A stretch of DNA of 64,000 nucleotides from Clostridia bacterium (GCA_017436675.1 JAFSCS010000040.1:17352-81351), one strand, 5' to 3'. Positions 39,950 to 49,655 are shown, counted from the stretch's first letter. Program-made: numbers and translations. The notes: generated by a model from the letters alone, not told the origin.

Positions 39950-40411
39950 TTATTCGTGGCCTGCGGCAGCTCGCTCGGCATCCCTTGCGGCTGTTTTTTT
40001 CGCTTCGGTCTCTCGTTTATCGTAGAGCTTTTTACCTTTACACAGTCCTATTGACATTTTTACCCATTGTCTATCGAAATACAAGCTCAGCGGGATTATT
40101 GCGTATCCTTGTCTTCCGACGAGTCCATAGAGCTTCAATATCTCTTTTTTATGCATTAGCAGACGGCGTTCGCGTCTCGGGTCTTTATTGAATATATTCC
40201 CTTTTTCATATGGGCTTATATGGATACCGCACGCTTTTATTTCGCCGTCTTTTATTTGGCAGAATGAATCCTTCAGGTTGACCGCTCCTTGACGCAACGA
40301 TTTTACTTCCGTTCCACAGAGCTCGATTCCTGCTTCATACGTTTCTTCGACGAAGTAATCGTGGTATGCTTTTTTATTTTGGGCTATTATTTTTGTTCCT
40401 TTTGTTGCCAT
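39950..40411 (-). CDS. smpB: SsrA-binding protein SmpB
   Basis: Motifs [17 protein letters not shown] and [11 protein letters not shown]. Start set at the ATG at 40411, downstream of the AAGGAG RBS. Confidence 0.95.
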   Translation of the reverse strand: MATKGTKIIAQNKKAYHDYFVEETYEAGIELCGTEVKSLRQGAVNLKDSFCQIKDGEIKACGIHISPYEKGNIFNKDPRRERRLLMHKKEILKLYGLVGRQGYAIIPLSLYFDRQWVKMSIGLCKGKKLYDKRETEAKKTAARDAERAAAGHE

Positions 40412-40435
40412 CACAACTACTCCTTTCAAAAGAAA

Positions 40436-41137
40436 TCAATCAAAATACTTTACTTTTACCTCGAAAACGTTCTTTCCGTCACGAGTGATGACAGAATCAT
40501 ATCCGTTTTCGTTATACCAATAGTTTACCTCTCCGAGCTCACCAAGCTTCATTTCGCTTACATAATGGAGGTCTATCAAGCTTATATCCTTATGCTCTTT
40601 ACAATAGTCATCGACGATATCGACGTAGATACAGTTATTGAGGTGGTCGTTTTGGTCGAGCATAGAATAGAGCACCTTGAACTCGGATCTGGAATCGCTC
40701 TCATCCTTTTTGATCCTGAACGTATCTATTTCGAGGTCGATCTCACGGTCGAGGTCGGGGATCTTTTTCGTCAAGACGTCGGGGCGGGCAATTCTACCCT
40801 TCTCGATATCCATCAGTACCCACTGGTTTACGGCGCAGCCTACGTTTTCTTCACCAACGAAGAATTCAAAATTTCGGAAGAACGAGACACCCTTTACCTT
40901 ATGCTGCCAAGTTTCCATTGTTATTATTTCGCCGCATTTTATCGGTCTATTCAATTTTATTGCATTTCTCGCGACAACGAACACGACACCATCGTTTTTC
41001 ATTGCCTCGTAGGTTGAGCCTATTTTATCGCAATCCTCTCTTGCGGCTTGTTGCATTGCCTTCATCAATGAGGAGATACGAAGTGTGCTTCTTGGGTTCG
41101 TATCGTAGCTTTTTACTTCAAAATCTGCTTTAATCAT
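40436..41137 (-). CDS. Acyl-ACP thioesterase family protein
   Basis: 233 aa with a double hot-dog layout (…ETWQHKVKGVSFFRNFEF…) typical of the acyl-ACP thioesterase family as I recall it. Confidence 0.7.
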   Translation of the reverse strand: MIKADFEVKSYDTNPRSTLRISSLMKAMQQAAREDCDKIGSTYEAMKNDGVVFVVARNAIKLNRPIKCGEIITMETWQHKVKGVSFFRNFEFFVGEENVGCAVNQWVLMDIEKGRIARPDVLTKKIPDLDREIDLEIDTFRIKKDESDSRSEFKVLYSMLDQNDHLNNCIYVDIVDDYCKEHKDISLIDLHYVSEMKLGELGEVNYWYNENGYDSVITRDGKNVFEVKVKYFD

Positions 41138-42131
41138 TTTTTTGTTTAACGCCGGAAAGCGGGTTTGCCTCCATTGCTTCTTTTAGTTTTTCGTTTGAAA
41201 CGTGGGTATATATCTGTGTTGTATTGAGCTGTTCGTGACCAAGTATATCTTTTAATGCTCTCACGTCAACGTTGCCGCTTTCGTACATCAAGGTTGCGGC
41301 GGTATGGCGAAGCTTATGTGTCGAATAGCCTTTATTTCCGAGACCTGCCATTCGAAGATGCTTTTTCACGGTATATTGAACGGTTTTTCCCGATATTCTC
41401 GTTCCGTTTCCGCTCAAGAACAATGCATTTTTATCTTTTACGTTTATTTGGAAGTCCTTATAGACGCCCTTTGTCCGAACCTCGAGGTAATTCTTTACTG
41501 CATCTCGGCAAGCGGTATTAAGGTAGATAACACGCTGTTTACTTCCCTTTCCGGTTACGACGAGCGAGGAAAAGTCATCCTTTATATCGGTGAGGTTGAT
41601 ATTTACGAGCTCCGAGAGACGCATTCCGCAATTCAAGAAAAGCGTCAGCATACAATAGTCTCTCGCATAGGTCTTACTACCCTTATCGACTGAATTGAGC
41701 AATTCAAGAGATTCGTCGATCGAGAGGTATCTCGGAAGCTTATGCTTTATATTCGGTGAGTCGATATCCTTCACGGGATTATCGGTGAGTGTTTTTGATT
41801 TTTGGGTATGGTATTTATAAAACGCACGAAGCGTTGAAAGCCGACGGGCACGGGCGCTGTCTCCGTTGTCACGTTCGTTCGCAAGGAAAAGCAAAAACGC
41901 ATAGATATCCTCGCTTCGTATTGAGGCGACACGATCCATATCTATCTTTTCGAGCTCAAGCGGATCGACGTCATCAAACGGTCGGTTTTCGCTTTTGGAT
42001 ATAATAAATCGGAAAAACAGTGAGAGGTCATGCTCATATTTTTCGCACGTTAATTTCGAGCAGTTTTGGATGACTTGTTTATAAGTCAGAAACGATCTGA
42101 CGGGTTCGGGTGTTATTTTTAGCGTCATCAC
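41130..42131 (-). CDS. Tyrosine recombinase (XerC/XerD/integrase family)
   Basis: Catalytic R (GMRLSEL), HKLRHTAAT (HxxR) and LGHEQLNTTQIYTHV (H...Y). The stop overlaps the thioesterase start by 8 nt. Confidence 0.85.
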   Translation of the reverse strand: MMTLKITPEPVRSFLTYKQVIQNCSKLTCEKYEHDLSLFFRFIISKSENRPFDDVDPLELEKIDMDRVASIRSEDIYAFLLFLANERDNGDSARARRLSTLRAFYKYHTQKSKTLTDNPVKDIDSPNIKHKLPRYLSIDESLELLNSVDKGSKTYARDYCMLTLFLNCGMRLSELVNINLTDIKDDFSSLVVTGKGSKQRVIYLNTACRDAVKNYLEVRTKGVYKDFQINVKDKNALFLSGNGTRISGKTVQYTVKKHLRMAGLGNKGYSTHKLRHTAATLMYESGNVDVRALKDILGHEQLNTTQIYTHVSNEKLKEAMEANPLSGVKQKND

Positions 42132-42208
42132 TACTCTCCTTTACTCTTTCACTAAAAATATATTATATTATATTTTATATATTTTGTCAAGAGGGATATT
42201 ATGTAAAC

Positions 42209-42727
42209 CTAATCTGTTATTTGATAAATCAAAGTGAAGTTGCAGGTCGTTTCTTTTGTGTTTATATTGAAATCTTTATACTGATACTCGTTTGTTTTTT
42301 CACCAAGCTTTTCGGTATTCCAGACGTCAAAGGTGAGTGTTTTTCCGTTAAATTCTTCTTTTAGCATATCCTTTGCGGTGAACTGCTTTTGGGAATTGAT
42401 CGTATTGGGATCGAAGCTATAGGTAAAGTTACCGAAGGTATATTTTCCGTTTTCTTTTTTCACTTCTTTCACTATGATCGTTTCGAAGTAACCGCTATCC
42501 TCTACGGCGGAGCAGACGGCGATCCAAAGAAGAGTATTGCTATCGAGCTCGACTGTACCGAGCTCTTCCTTTAGGTATCTATAGTTACGCCACTCGGCAG
42601 GGTCGACGTAGGGCACGGCGAAATAGACGTCCTTCGGTGTATCGTGATATTTTTCGATCTTGCCGCAGGAGACAAAAAGCGTTGGCAGTATAAGAAAAAC
42701 AGCGAGTATTGGGATCAGCTTTTTCAT
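42209..42727 (-). CDS. Hypothetical lipoprotein
   Basis: Lipobox LFVSCG after a signal peptide. 172 aa. Confidence 0.65.
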   Translation of the reverse strand: MKKLIPILAVFLILPTLFVSCGKIEKYHDTPKDVYFAVPYVDPAEWRNYRYLKEELGTVELDSNTLLWIAVCSAVEDSGYFETIIVKEVKKENGKYTFGNFTYSFDPNTINSQKQFTAKDMLKEEFNGKTLTFDVWNTEKLGEKTNEYQYKDFNINTKETTCNFTLIYQITD

Positions 42728-42867
42728 TGGTTATCACTCCTTTATTTTTATTATAGCACAAGTGCGCTCCTAATTCAAGGAGAGTTTATTGATGAAACAT
42801 TTTGTCGAATTTTGCATATCTTGTAGAAGGCAGATATGCCGAATAACTTTAGAAAGGAAGATCATTT

Positions 42868-43068
42868 TTGGAGGAGCTTTGCTTTTGCAGGGACAAAAAC
42901 AATAAAGATATGACTATCCCGGCGCCATCTCTTGCGATGGTATATTCACCGAAGCAGGTTTGGGGCGAGACGTATGAGGTTGACGTTGCGCTTGAGAGAG
43001 GGACATTGTTTCCCGAGCTTGACAAACCGTTTTTGGGGTATTTGAAGGAGGATATACGAGGACGATGA
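42868..43068 (+). CDS. cotJA: Spore coat-associated protein CotJA
   Basis: LAMVYSPKQVWGETYEVDVALERGTLFPELDKPF matches the CotJA family motif. The start codon is uncertain. Confidence 0.8.
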   Translation: MEELCFCRDKNNKDMTIPAPSLAMVYSPKQVWGETYEVDVALERGTLFPELDKPFLGYLKEDIRGR

Positions 43069-43316
43069 ACAAAGAGAAAGAAAAGCTGATGAAGATGCTC
43101 CAGGCGATGGATTTTGCGATTTATGAGACGGCGCTTTTTTTGGATGCCAATCCGAAAAACAAGCGTGCGCTCGACTATTTCAAGAAGGCGCGTGAGATGC
43201 GCGACCAGATCAGAGAGCAATACGTTGAGAAATACGGTGCGGTGAATTTCGGTACCATTCACGGCGAGAGCTGGGATTGGGTGGAGACACCGTGGCCGTG
43301 GCAATACGAAGGTTGA
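43065..43316 (+). CDS. cotJB: Spore coat protein CotJB
   Basis: LLKMLQAMDFAIYETALFLDANPKNKRALDYF... and 4-nt overlap with cotJA. Confidence 0.85.
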   Translation: MNKEKEKLMKMLQAMDFAIYETALFLDANPKNKRALDYFKKAREMRDQIREQYVEKYGAVNFGTIHGESWDWVETPWPWQYEG

Positions 43317-43331
43317 GGAGGGATATAGGAT

Positions 43332-43937
43332 ATGTGGAGCTACGAAAAGAAATTGCAATACCCTGTTAAGATAAAAAATCCGAACCCTGCGCTTGCGAAG
43401 GTCATTATCACGCAATTTGGCGGGCCTGACGGTGAGCTTGGTGCATCGATGAGATATTTGAGTCAGAGATACTCGATGCCGTACGGTGAGGTCGTTGGAA
43501 TTTTGTCGGACGTGGGCACGGAGGAGTTGGCGCACCTTGAGATGGTGTCGGCGATCGTGCATCAGTTGACGAGGAACATGACCATTGAGCAGATCAAGGA
43601 GAGTGGGTTTGAGCCTTATTTCGTTGATCACACTGCGGGGATCTATCCCGTTGCAGCTTCGGGTGTTCCCTTCTCCGCGATGGCGTTTCAATCGAAGGGT
43701 GATGCTATCACCGACATTATGGAGGATCTTGCGGCGGAGCAAAAGGCGAGGACGACGTACGACAACATACTGCGGCTCGTTGACGATCCCGACGTACGCG
43801 ATCCGATAAAGTTTTTACGACAACGCGAGCTTGTGCATTTTCAACGCTTCGGTGAGGCGTTAAGGATATGTCAAGACAATCTCGACAGCAAGAACTTTTA
43901 TGCGTTCAACCCCGAGTTCGACAAGGGTAGGAAGTAA
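43332..43937 (+). CDS. cotJC: Spore coat protein CotJC (manganese-catalase-like ferritin fold)
   Basis: Motifs YPVKIKNPNP, QFGGPDGELGASMRYLSQRY and EELAHLEMV. Confidence 0.9.
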   Translation: MWSYEKKLQYPVKIKNPNPALAKVIITQFGGPDGELGASMRYLSQRYSMPYGEVVGILSDVGTEELAHLEMVSAIVHQLTRNMTIEQIKESGFEPYFVDHTAGIYPVAASGVPFSAMAFQSKGDAITDIMEDLAAEQKARTTYDNILRLVDDPDVRDPIKFLRQRELVHFQRFGEALRICQDNLDSKNFYAFNPEFDKGRK

Positions 43938-43971
43938 TATTAAAGCAGATGGTCCTACCATCTGCTTTTTT
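43891..43971 (+). repeat. Left copy of a direct repeat (cotJC 3' end plus terminator); partner at 49608-49688
   Basis: The first 62 nt (43891-43952 vs 49608-49669) match with 1 mismatch. The hairpin loops then diverge, and the 3' stem arm atctgcttttt is again identical. Confidence 0.9.
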
Positions 43972-43976
43972 GTTGT

Positions 43977-44005
43977 TTGACAATTGGGGATTATTGTAGT
44001 ATAAT
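43977..44005 (+). promoter_or_regulatory. Perfect consensus sigma-A promoter of the helicase cassette
   Basis: TTGACA (43977-43982), exact 17-nt spacer, TATAAT (44000-44005), immediately after the cotJC terminator. Confidence 0.75.
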
Positions 44006-44039
44006 GAAGTATCTTTATATAGTTGAGGTAATTATCAAT

Positions 44040-44606
44040 ATGACAGAACTTGAAAAAATTGCTTACGCTAAATCATTCATTGACAAACTCGCAAATGGAA
44101 TTAATCCGATTGATAATCAACCTGTAGCGGAGTATGACGCTTTAAACAATGTTAGACTATCAAGATGCTTTTTCTATGTGTCGGATATTTTAAGACAAGT
44201 AATTGAAAATGGTGGAATTACACCTCCTAAGAAACAAACAAAGAAAAATCCTTCTTCCCCTTTTTTCATTACTCAACAACAGCTTTCCCAATACTCCTAT
44301 TCAGATAAACCAATAACCATCAGCGAAATAGCTAAAAGAATTAATTCGCTCATAGATACAGAGCAAATGAAACAATTATCCTATAAGCAAATTATGGGAT
44401 TTCTTTTAAGCATAAATGCCTTATCAGAACAACCAAATACTTATGGAAAGCTTTGTAAGTTTCCAACTGAAACAGGCAAACAACTGGGTCTTTCACTTGA
44501 AACGCGCAACGGTGATAGGGGTGAGTATCAGGTTGTTGTTTACAATAAAGAAGCACAGATGTTAATTCTTGATAATATCGAAGTGATTATTGCTACTAAA
44601 AACTAA
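44040..44606 (+). CDS. Hypothetical 188-aa protein, first gene of the helicase cassette
   Basis: ATG at 44040 with GAGGT upstream. Translation MTELEKIAYAKSFIDKLANGINPIDNQP... A basic linker (PPKKQTKKNP) separates two helical halves. No motif recognised. Confidence 0.65.
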   Translation: MTELEKIAYAKSFIDKLANGINPIDNQPVAEYDALNNVRLSRCFFYVSDILRQVIENGGITPPKKQTKKNPSSPFFITQQQLSQYSYSDKPITISEIAKRINSLIDTEQMKQLSYKQIMGFLLSINALSEQPNTYGKLCKFPTETGKQLGLSLETRNGDRGEYQVVVYNKEAQMLILDNIEVIIATKN

Positions 44607-44628
44607 TATAAAGTGGAGATTGATTGTT

Positions 44629-47600
44629 ATGGCAAAATCAATTTTGTTTTTCGACATCGAGGTTGGTGTTAATGATAAGAAAATACACGATATAGGAGCA
44701 GTACGTTTAGATCAAAGGGTTTACAGTTCTAGCTCTATATGGGATTTTTATAACTTTATTTCTAATACAGAGTATATTTGCGGCCATAATATCATTCATC
44801 ACGATATAAAATTTTTAGAAGAAGCACTTTCTAAAAAACTCCCCAACAAAGCTATAGACACTTTATATCTATCTCCACTTCTATTCCCCAAAAGACCATA
44901 CCATCGACTTTTAAAAGACGACAAACTTCAAAGTGCAGAATTAAACAATCCTGTAAATGACAGCAAAAAAGCTCGGGATTTGTTTTTCGATGAAGTGAAT
45001 GCGTTTTATAACCTTAAAGAAGAGAGAAAAAAGATATTTTGTGAACTACTATATAACTTTGTGGAGTTCCAAAGTTTCTTTGATTTTGTTGATTTCAAAC
45101 CGAACAACTACAGTATTAAGCAGATGATTCTTGATGAATATCGCGATAAAATATGTGCTAACGCGGATATTGATCTTTTAGTCAAGTTTTATCCGAAAGA
45201 ACTAGCATATTCTCTTGCTCTTATAGGATGTGGGGATCAATATTCTACGACACCACCTTGGCTATCACATAACTTTCCTAAGATAGAGAATGTTATAAAA
45301 TTTCTTTGTAATACACCATGTACAGATGGATGTGATTTTTGTAGAAATGCACTTGATGTACATAAAGGGCTAAAGAAAATATTCGGATTTGATACTTTCC
45401 GTACTTATAACGGAGAACCGCTTCAAGAAATGGCAGCAAAAGCAGCCGTTGAAGGCAAATCTCTCCTTGCGGTGTTCCCAACGGGCGGTGGAAAATCTAT
45501 TACGTTCCAACTTCCTGCTCTTATGGCGGGTAAGACTGCACACGGATTAACCATCGTTATTTCTCCTTTGCAATCCTTGATGAAGGATCAGGTTGATAAT
45601 CTCGCAGAAAAGGGGATTGAAGATGCAGTTACCGTTAATGGAATGCTCAATCCTGTTGAACGAGCCGAAGCGATTGATCGTGTTGCAAGTGGCAAAGCAT
45701 CTATCTTGTATATTTCTCCCGAGCAACTTCGATCTAAAACTATAGAGCGTCTTTTAATGTCTCGTAACATCGTGAGATTTGTAATAGATGAGGCTCACTG
45801 CTTCTCGGCTTGGGGACAAGATTTCCGAGTAGACTATCTCTATATTGGAGATTTTATTCGTAAGCTTCAAAAGGAAAAGAAAACCGATAAAATGCCAATT
45901 CCCGTGTCGTGCTTTACGGCAACGGCAAAACAAAAGGTCATTACTGATATATGCGATTATTTCAAAAAGAAGCTTGATCTTGACCTCGAGATTTTTGCCT
46001 CAACTGCAACTAGAGAAAATCTGCATTATACGGTTTTACACAAAGAGACCGATGATGAAAAATATACTGCTTTGCGTTCACTGATTGCGCAAAAGAATTG
46101 TTCAACAATCGTCTATGTTTCAAGAACCAAGCGCACATTTGAGCTTGCAAGTAAATTGACAAGCGATGGCTTTAATGCTTTACCTTATAACGGCAAGATG
46201 GATTCTAATGATAAGATTGCTAATCAGGAAGCCTTTATGAATAACGAGGTATCAATTATCGTTGCAACCTCGGCTTTTGGTATGGGCGTTGACAAGAGCG
46301 ATGTTAAACTCGTTGTTCACTACGATATTTCCGATTCTCTCGAAAACTATGTTCAAGAAGCGGGACGTGCCGGGCGAGACCCCTCTCTTCAAGCGGATTG
46401 TTACGTACTATTCAATGATAACGATTTGGACAAGCACTTTATCCTTTTGAATCAAACAAAACTGAGCATCAGCGAAATTCAGCAGGTATGGAAGGCAATA
46501 AAGGACTTAACGAAAAACAGACCGAATATATGTTGTTCTGCTCTTGAAATTGCGCGTCAAGCTGGTTGGGATGATTCAGCAGGTTCGGAAATGGAAACAA
46601 GAGTAAAAACTGCAATAGCAGCACTTGAAACAGCAGGATATATCATTAGAGGCAGAAATGTGCCACACGTTTATGCGACAAGCATACGTGCAAAAGATAT
46701 GAGTGAGGCATCTTACCGTATACGAAAATCGAGTCTGTTTACAGAAAAACAAAAAAATACAGCTCTTCGCATTGTAAAATCCCTCATATCGAGCCGTAGC
46801 ATTGCAACTGCGGGCAACCCGGATGCTGAATCTCGTGTTGATTATCTTGCAGATATTCTTGGTATCGAGAAGGAATCAGTCATTGAATCTATAAACCTTA
46901 TGCGTCAGGAAGGACTACTTGAAGATTATAATGATATGTCCGCATACATATATGATTCAGATAGTCAGCATAAATCAACGCTTGTTCTTGACCGCTTCGC
47001 TAAACTCGAAAGATTTATCCTTTCAAAATTCACGGATGAAGGAATATCTTTTGGTTTTAAAGAACTCAATGAAGAAGCACAGAATAAAGGTATCACAACC
47101 TCTAATGTAAAAAATATTAGAACTCTTCTTCATTTCTTAGCAATAAAAAATTACATAACCAAAGAAGAAAATAGAGATAGCTTTTCCGTAAATCTTGTTC
47201 CCTCTCTTAATCTAAAACGAATTATAGAGAAGTTTGAGAGACGCATTGATATCTGCCGTTTTATTCTCGAAGAACTTTACGAGAAAACAACACCAAATAA
47301 AGAAGAAGATACAGAAAAGAAGCCTGTTGAATTTTCTTTAGTTGGACTGTTTAAAGCCTATCAATCTACTCCACGAATGGAAACAATTGATACAAAGGTT
47401 GTACTTTCTGATGTGGAGGATGCACTTTTATATCTGTCCAAAACAGGCGCATTAAAACTCGAAGGCGGTTTTCTCGTACTATATAATGGTATGGAAATCA
47501 AGCGTGTTGTTAGAGACAACCGTATCAAATACAAAAATGACGATTATCGTTTACTTGATGAATTTTACAAGCAGAAAATTCGTCAGATACACATTGTAGG

Positions 47601-49434
47601 TGAATATGCAAATCTTATGGTTCGCGATTATAATGCAGCTTTGCAGTTTGTTCAAGATTACTTTAATATGGACTTTAAAAAGTTCATTGCAACCTATTTC
47701 AAAGGAGACAGAGCAAAAGTTATTGAACGAAATATAACACCCGAAAAATATAATCAGCTTTTTGGAGAACTTTCAGATAAACAAGCTGAAATCATAAACG
47801 ATGCAGAATCAAAATATATCGTAGTTGCGGCAGGGCCCGGAAGTGGAAAAACTAGAGTGCTTGTACATAAGCTTGCGTCCTTGTTACTTCTCGAAGATGT
47901 AAAACACGAGCAGCTTTTGATGCTCACATTCTCTCGTGCGGCGGCTACTGAATTTAAAAAACGTTTGGTTAAATTGATTGGTAATGCGGCTAACTTTGTA
48001 GAAATTAAAACTTTCCACTCATATTGTTTTGATCTTCTTGGAAAGATCGGCACGTTAGAAGGGTCTAGCAATGTTGTAAAAGATGCCGCCGATATGATTC
48101 GAGCAGGTGAAGTAGAGCAAGGAAAGATTACAAAAAGCGTGTTAGTTATTGATGAAGCTCAAGACATGGATGAGTATGAATTTGCGCTTGTTCAATCCTT
48201 GATTATGAACAACGATGATTTACGTGTCATTGCTGTTGGCGACGATGATCAGAACATTTATGAGTTCCGTGGCTCAAACTCAAAGTATATAAAGAAACTT
48301 GTCGAAGAATATGCAGGAAATCTCTATGAAATGACGGAGAACTATAGAAGTAAGACGAACGTTATTGCATTGGCTAATGCTTTCGCAGAATCGATTAACT
48401 ATAGAATGAAATCCGCTCCAATTGAATCAGTAACGGAAGAAGTTGGAGAGGTGCGAATCACGCATCACACTAGCGACAATATGGAAGAGTCTGTCGTTAA
48501 CGAGTTAATTTCGACATATAAAAGCGGCAAGGCGTGTGTACTTACCAACACGAATGATGAGGCTCTTCGAGTTCTTGGGCTTCTTTTGAAGCACGGAAAA
48601 AGAGCAAAGCTAATTCAATCGTTAAACGGATTCAGATTGTATAACCTTCTTGAAATCCGTGTGTTCTTGAAGGCAATTAATCGTAATCTCCACTCGCCTG
48701 TTATTTCCGATGAAGTATGGCAAAATGCAAAAAAAGAGCTATTCAGCAAATATCATAACAGCACTTGTATTGACAATGTTAGACGTTTAATTTTAGACTT
48801 TGAAGCAACTCATTCTGTAAAGTATCGTTCCGATTTCGAGGAATTTATAAATGAATCGAAATTTGAGGATTTTTACGATGAACAAGATCACGAAGTTATC
48901 TATGTATCTACGATTCATAAATCAAAAGGTCGAGAATTTGATAACGTTTATATGATGTTGAAAAACTCCACTGGTAAAACCGATGCAGAGCGCGGAGCTT
49001 TATACGTTGGTATGACAAGAGCCAAGAGTAATCTTTACATACACACAAATACTACGTTGTTTGACAAATATCGTATGAATGGCATTGAACACTATGTAGA
49101 TAATAATGCGTATGATGAGCCTAATGAAATTATGCTTCAAACAACCCATAAAGACGTATTCCTTGGTTTCTTCAAAGGCAAGAAGGAAATAATATCCAAT
49201 CTTCGCAGCGGAACAAAGTTAAAGATTGATGATGTATTCCTTGTAGCAGAGTGCAACGGACGAGATGTACATGTTGCTAAACTATCAAAAGCCTTTGTGG
49301 AATTACTTGAAAAATTGAAGGAAAAAGGATATTCTCCTAAGTCTTCCGAAGTGCGATTCATTGTTGCATGGAAGGGTGAAGAAGATACGGATGAATCACT
49401 AATTATCCTTGCAGATATTTATTTAAGTAAATAA
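44629..49434 (+). CDS. 1601-aa fusion protein: DEDD-like 3'-5' exonuclease + RecQ-type SF2 helicase + UvrD/PcrA-type SF1 helicase
   Basis: The N-terminus has exonuclease-like motifs: ILFFDIEV, HNIIHHDIKFL and NPVNDS. The RecQ core follows: FPTGGGKSITFQLPAL, VIDEAHCFSAWGQDFRVDY, CFTATA, ATSAFGMGVDKSDV and QEAGRAGRD. After a linker of about 400 aa comes the UvrD core: AAGPGSGKTRVLV, LVIDEAQDM, VGDDDQNIYEFRGS, ENYRS, STIHKSKGREFDNVYM and LYVGMTRAK. Confidence 0.9.
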   Translation: MAKSILFFDIEVGVNDKKIHDIGAVRLDQRVYSSSSIWDFYNFISNTEYICGHNIIHHDIKFLEEALSKKLPNKAIDTLYLSPLLFPKRPYHRLLKDDKLQSAELNNPVNDSKKARDLFFDEVNAFYNLKEERKKIFCELLYNFVEFQSFFDFVDFKPNNYSIKQMILDEYRDKICANADIDLLVKFYPKELAYSLALIGCGDQYSTTPPWLSHNFPKIENVIKFLCNTPCTDGCDFCRNALDVHKGLKKIFGFDTFRTYNGEPLQEMAAKAAVEGKSLLAVFPTGGGKSITFQLPALMAGKTAHGLTIVISPLQSLMKDQVDNLAEKGIEDAVTVNGMLNPVERAEAIDRVASGKASILYISPEQLRSKTIERLLMSRNIVRFVIDEAHCFSAWGQDFRVDYLYIGDFIRKLQKEKKTDKMPIPVSCFTATAKQKVITDICDYFKKKLDLDLEIFASTATRENLHYTVLHKETDDEKYTALRSLIAQKNCSTIVYVSRTKRTFELASKLTSDGFNALPYNGKMDSNDKIANQEAFMNNEVSIIVATSAFGMGVDKSDVKLVVHYDISDSLENYVQEAGRAGRDPSLQADCYVLFNDNDLDKHFILLNQTKLSISEIQQVWKAIKDLTKNRPNICCSALEIARQAGWDDSAGSEMETRVKTAIAALETAGYIIRGRNVPHVYATSIRAKDMSEASYRIRKSSLFTEKQKNTALRIVKSLISSRSIATAGNPDAESRVDYLADILGIEKESVIESINLMRQEGLLEDYNDMSAYIYDSDSQHKSTLVLDRFAKLERFILSKFTDEGISFGFKELNEEAQNKGITTSNVKNIRTLLHFLAIKNYITKEENRDSFSVNLVPSLNLKRIIEKFERRIDICRFILEELYEKTTPNKEEDTEKKPVEFSLVGLFKAYQSTPRMETIDTKVVLSDVEDALLYLSKTGALKLEGGFLVLYNGMEIKRVVRDNRIKYKNDDYRLLDEFYKQKIRQIHIVGEYANLMVRDYNAALQFVQDYFNMDFKKFIATYFKGDRAKVIERNITPEKYNQLFGELSDKQAEIINDAESKYIVVAAGPGSGKTRVLVHKLASLLLLEDVKHEQLLMLTFSRAAATEFKKRLVKLIGNAANFVEIKTFHSYCFDLLGKIGTLEGSSNVVKDAADMIRAGEVEQGKITKSVLVIDEAQDMDEYEFALVQSLIMNNDDLRVIAVGDDDQNIYEFRGSNSKYIKKLVEEYAGNLYEMTENYRSKTNVIALANAFAESINYRMKSAPIESVTEEVGEVRITHHTSDNMEESVVNELISTYKSGKACVLTNTNDEALRVLGLLLKHGKRAKLIQSLNGFRLYNLLEIRVFLKAINRNLHSPVISDEVWQNAKKELFSKYHNSTCIDNVRRLILDFEATHSVKYRSDFEEFINESKFEDFYDEQDHEVIYVSTIHKSKGREFDNVYMMLKNSTGKTDAERGALYVGMTRAKSNLYIHTNTTLFDKYRMNGIEHYVDNNAYDEPNEIMLQTTHKDVFLGFFKGKKEIISNLRSGTKLKIDDVFLVAECNGRDVHVAKLSKAFVELLEKLKEKGYSPKSSEVRFIVAWKGEEDTDESLIILADIYLSK

Positions 49435-49477
49435 ATCACACATTTACGGATTAAACACAAAAGATTATAACACATAA

Positions 49478-49525
49478 AAAAATCGGGGGTGTGAAAACCC
49501 CCGATTTTACTTGGTTTTTTTATAG
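49478..49525 (+). terminator. Terminator of the helicase cassette
   Basis: Stem atcggggg / cccccgat followed by a T-rich tract. Confidence 0.75.
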
Positions 49526-49553
49526 TTGCGTTCATTTCCATCATCGTACCACC

Positions 49554-49655
49554 GACGAGTTGGCACACCTTGAGATGGTATCGGCTATTGTGCATCAGCT
49601 GACGCGAAGAATTTTTATGCGTTCAACCCCGAGTTCGACAAGGGTAGGAAGTAAT
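49554..49655 (+). pseudogene. Internally deleted cotJC remnant
   Basis: 49554-49607 is about 85% identical to cotJC 43521-43574 (encoding ELAHLEMVSAIVHQLTR). It is then joined directly to a copy of the last cotJC codons, so about 316 nt of the gene are missing. The two pieces are out of frame. Confidence 0.75.
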
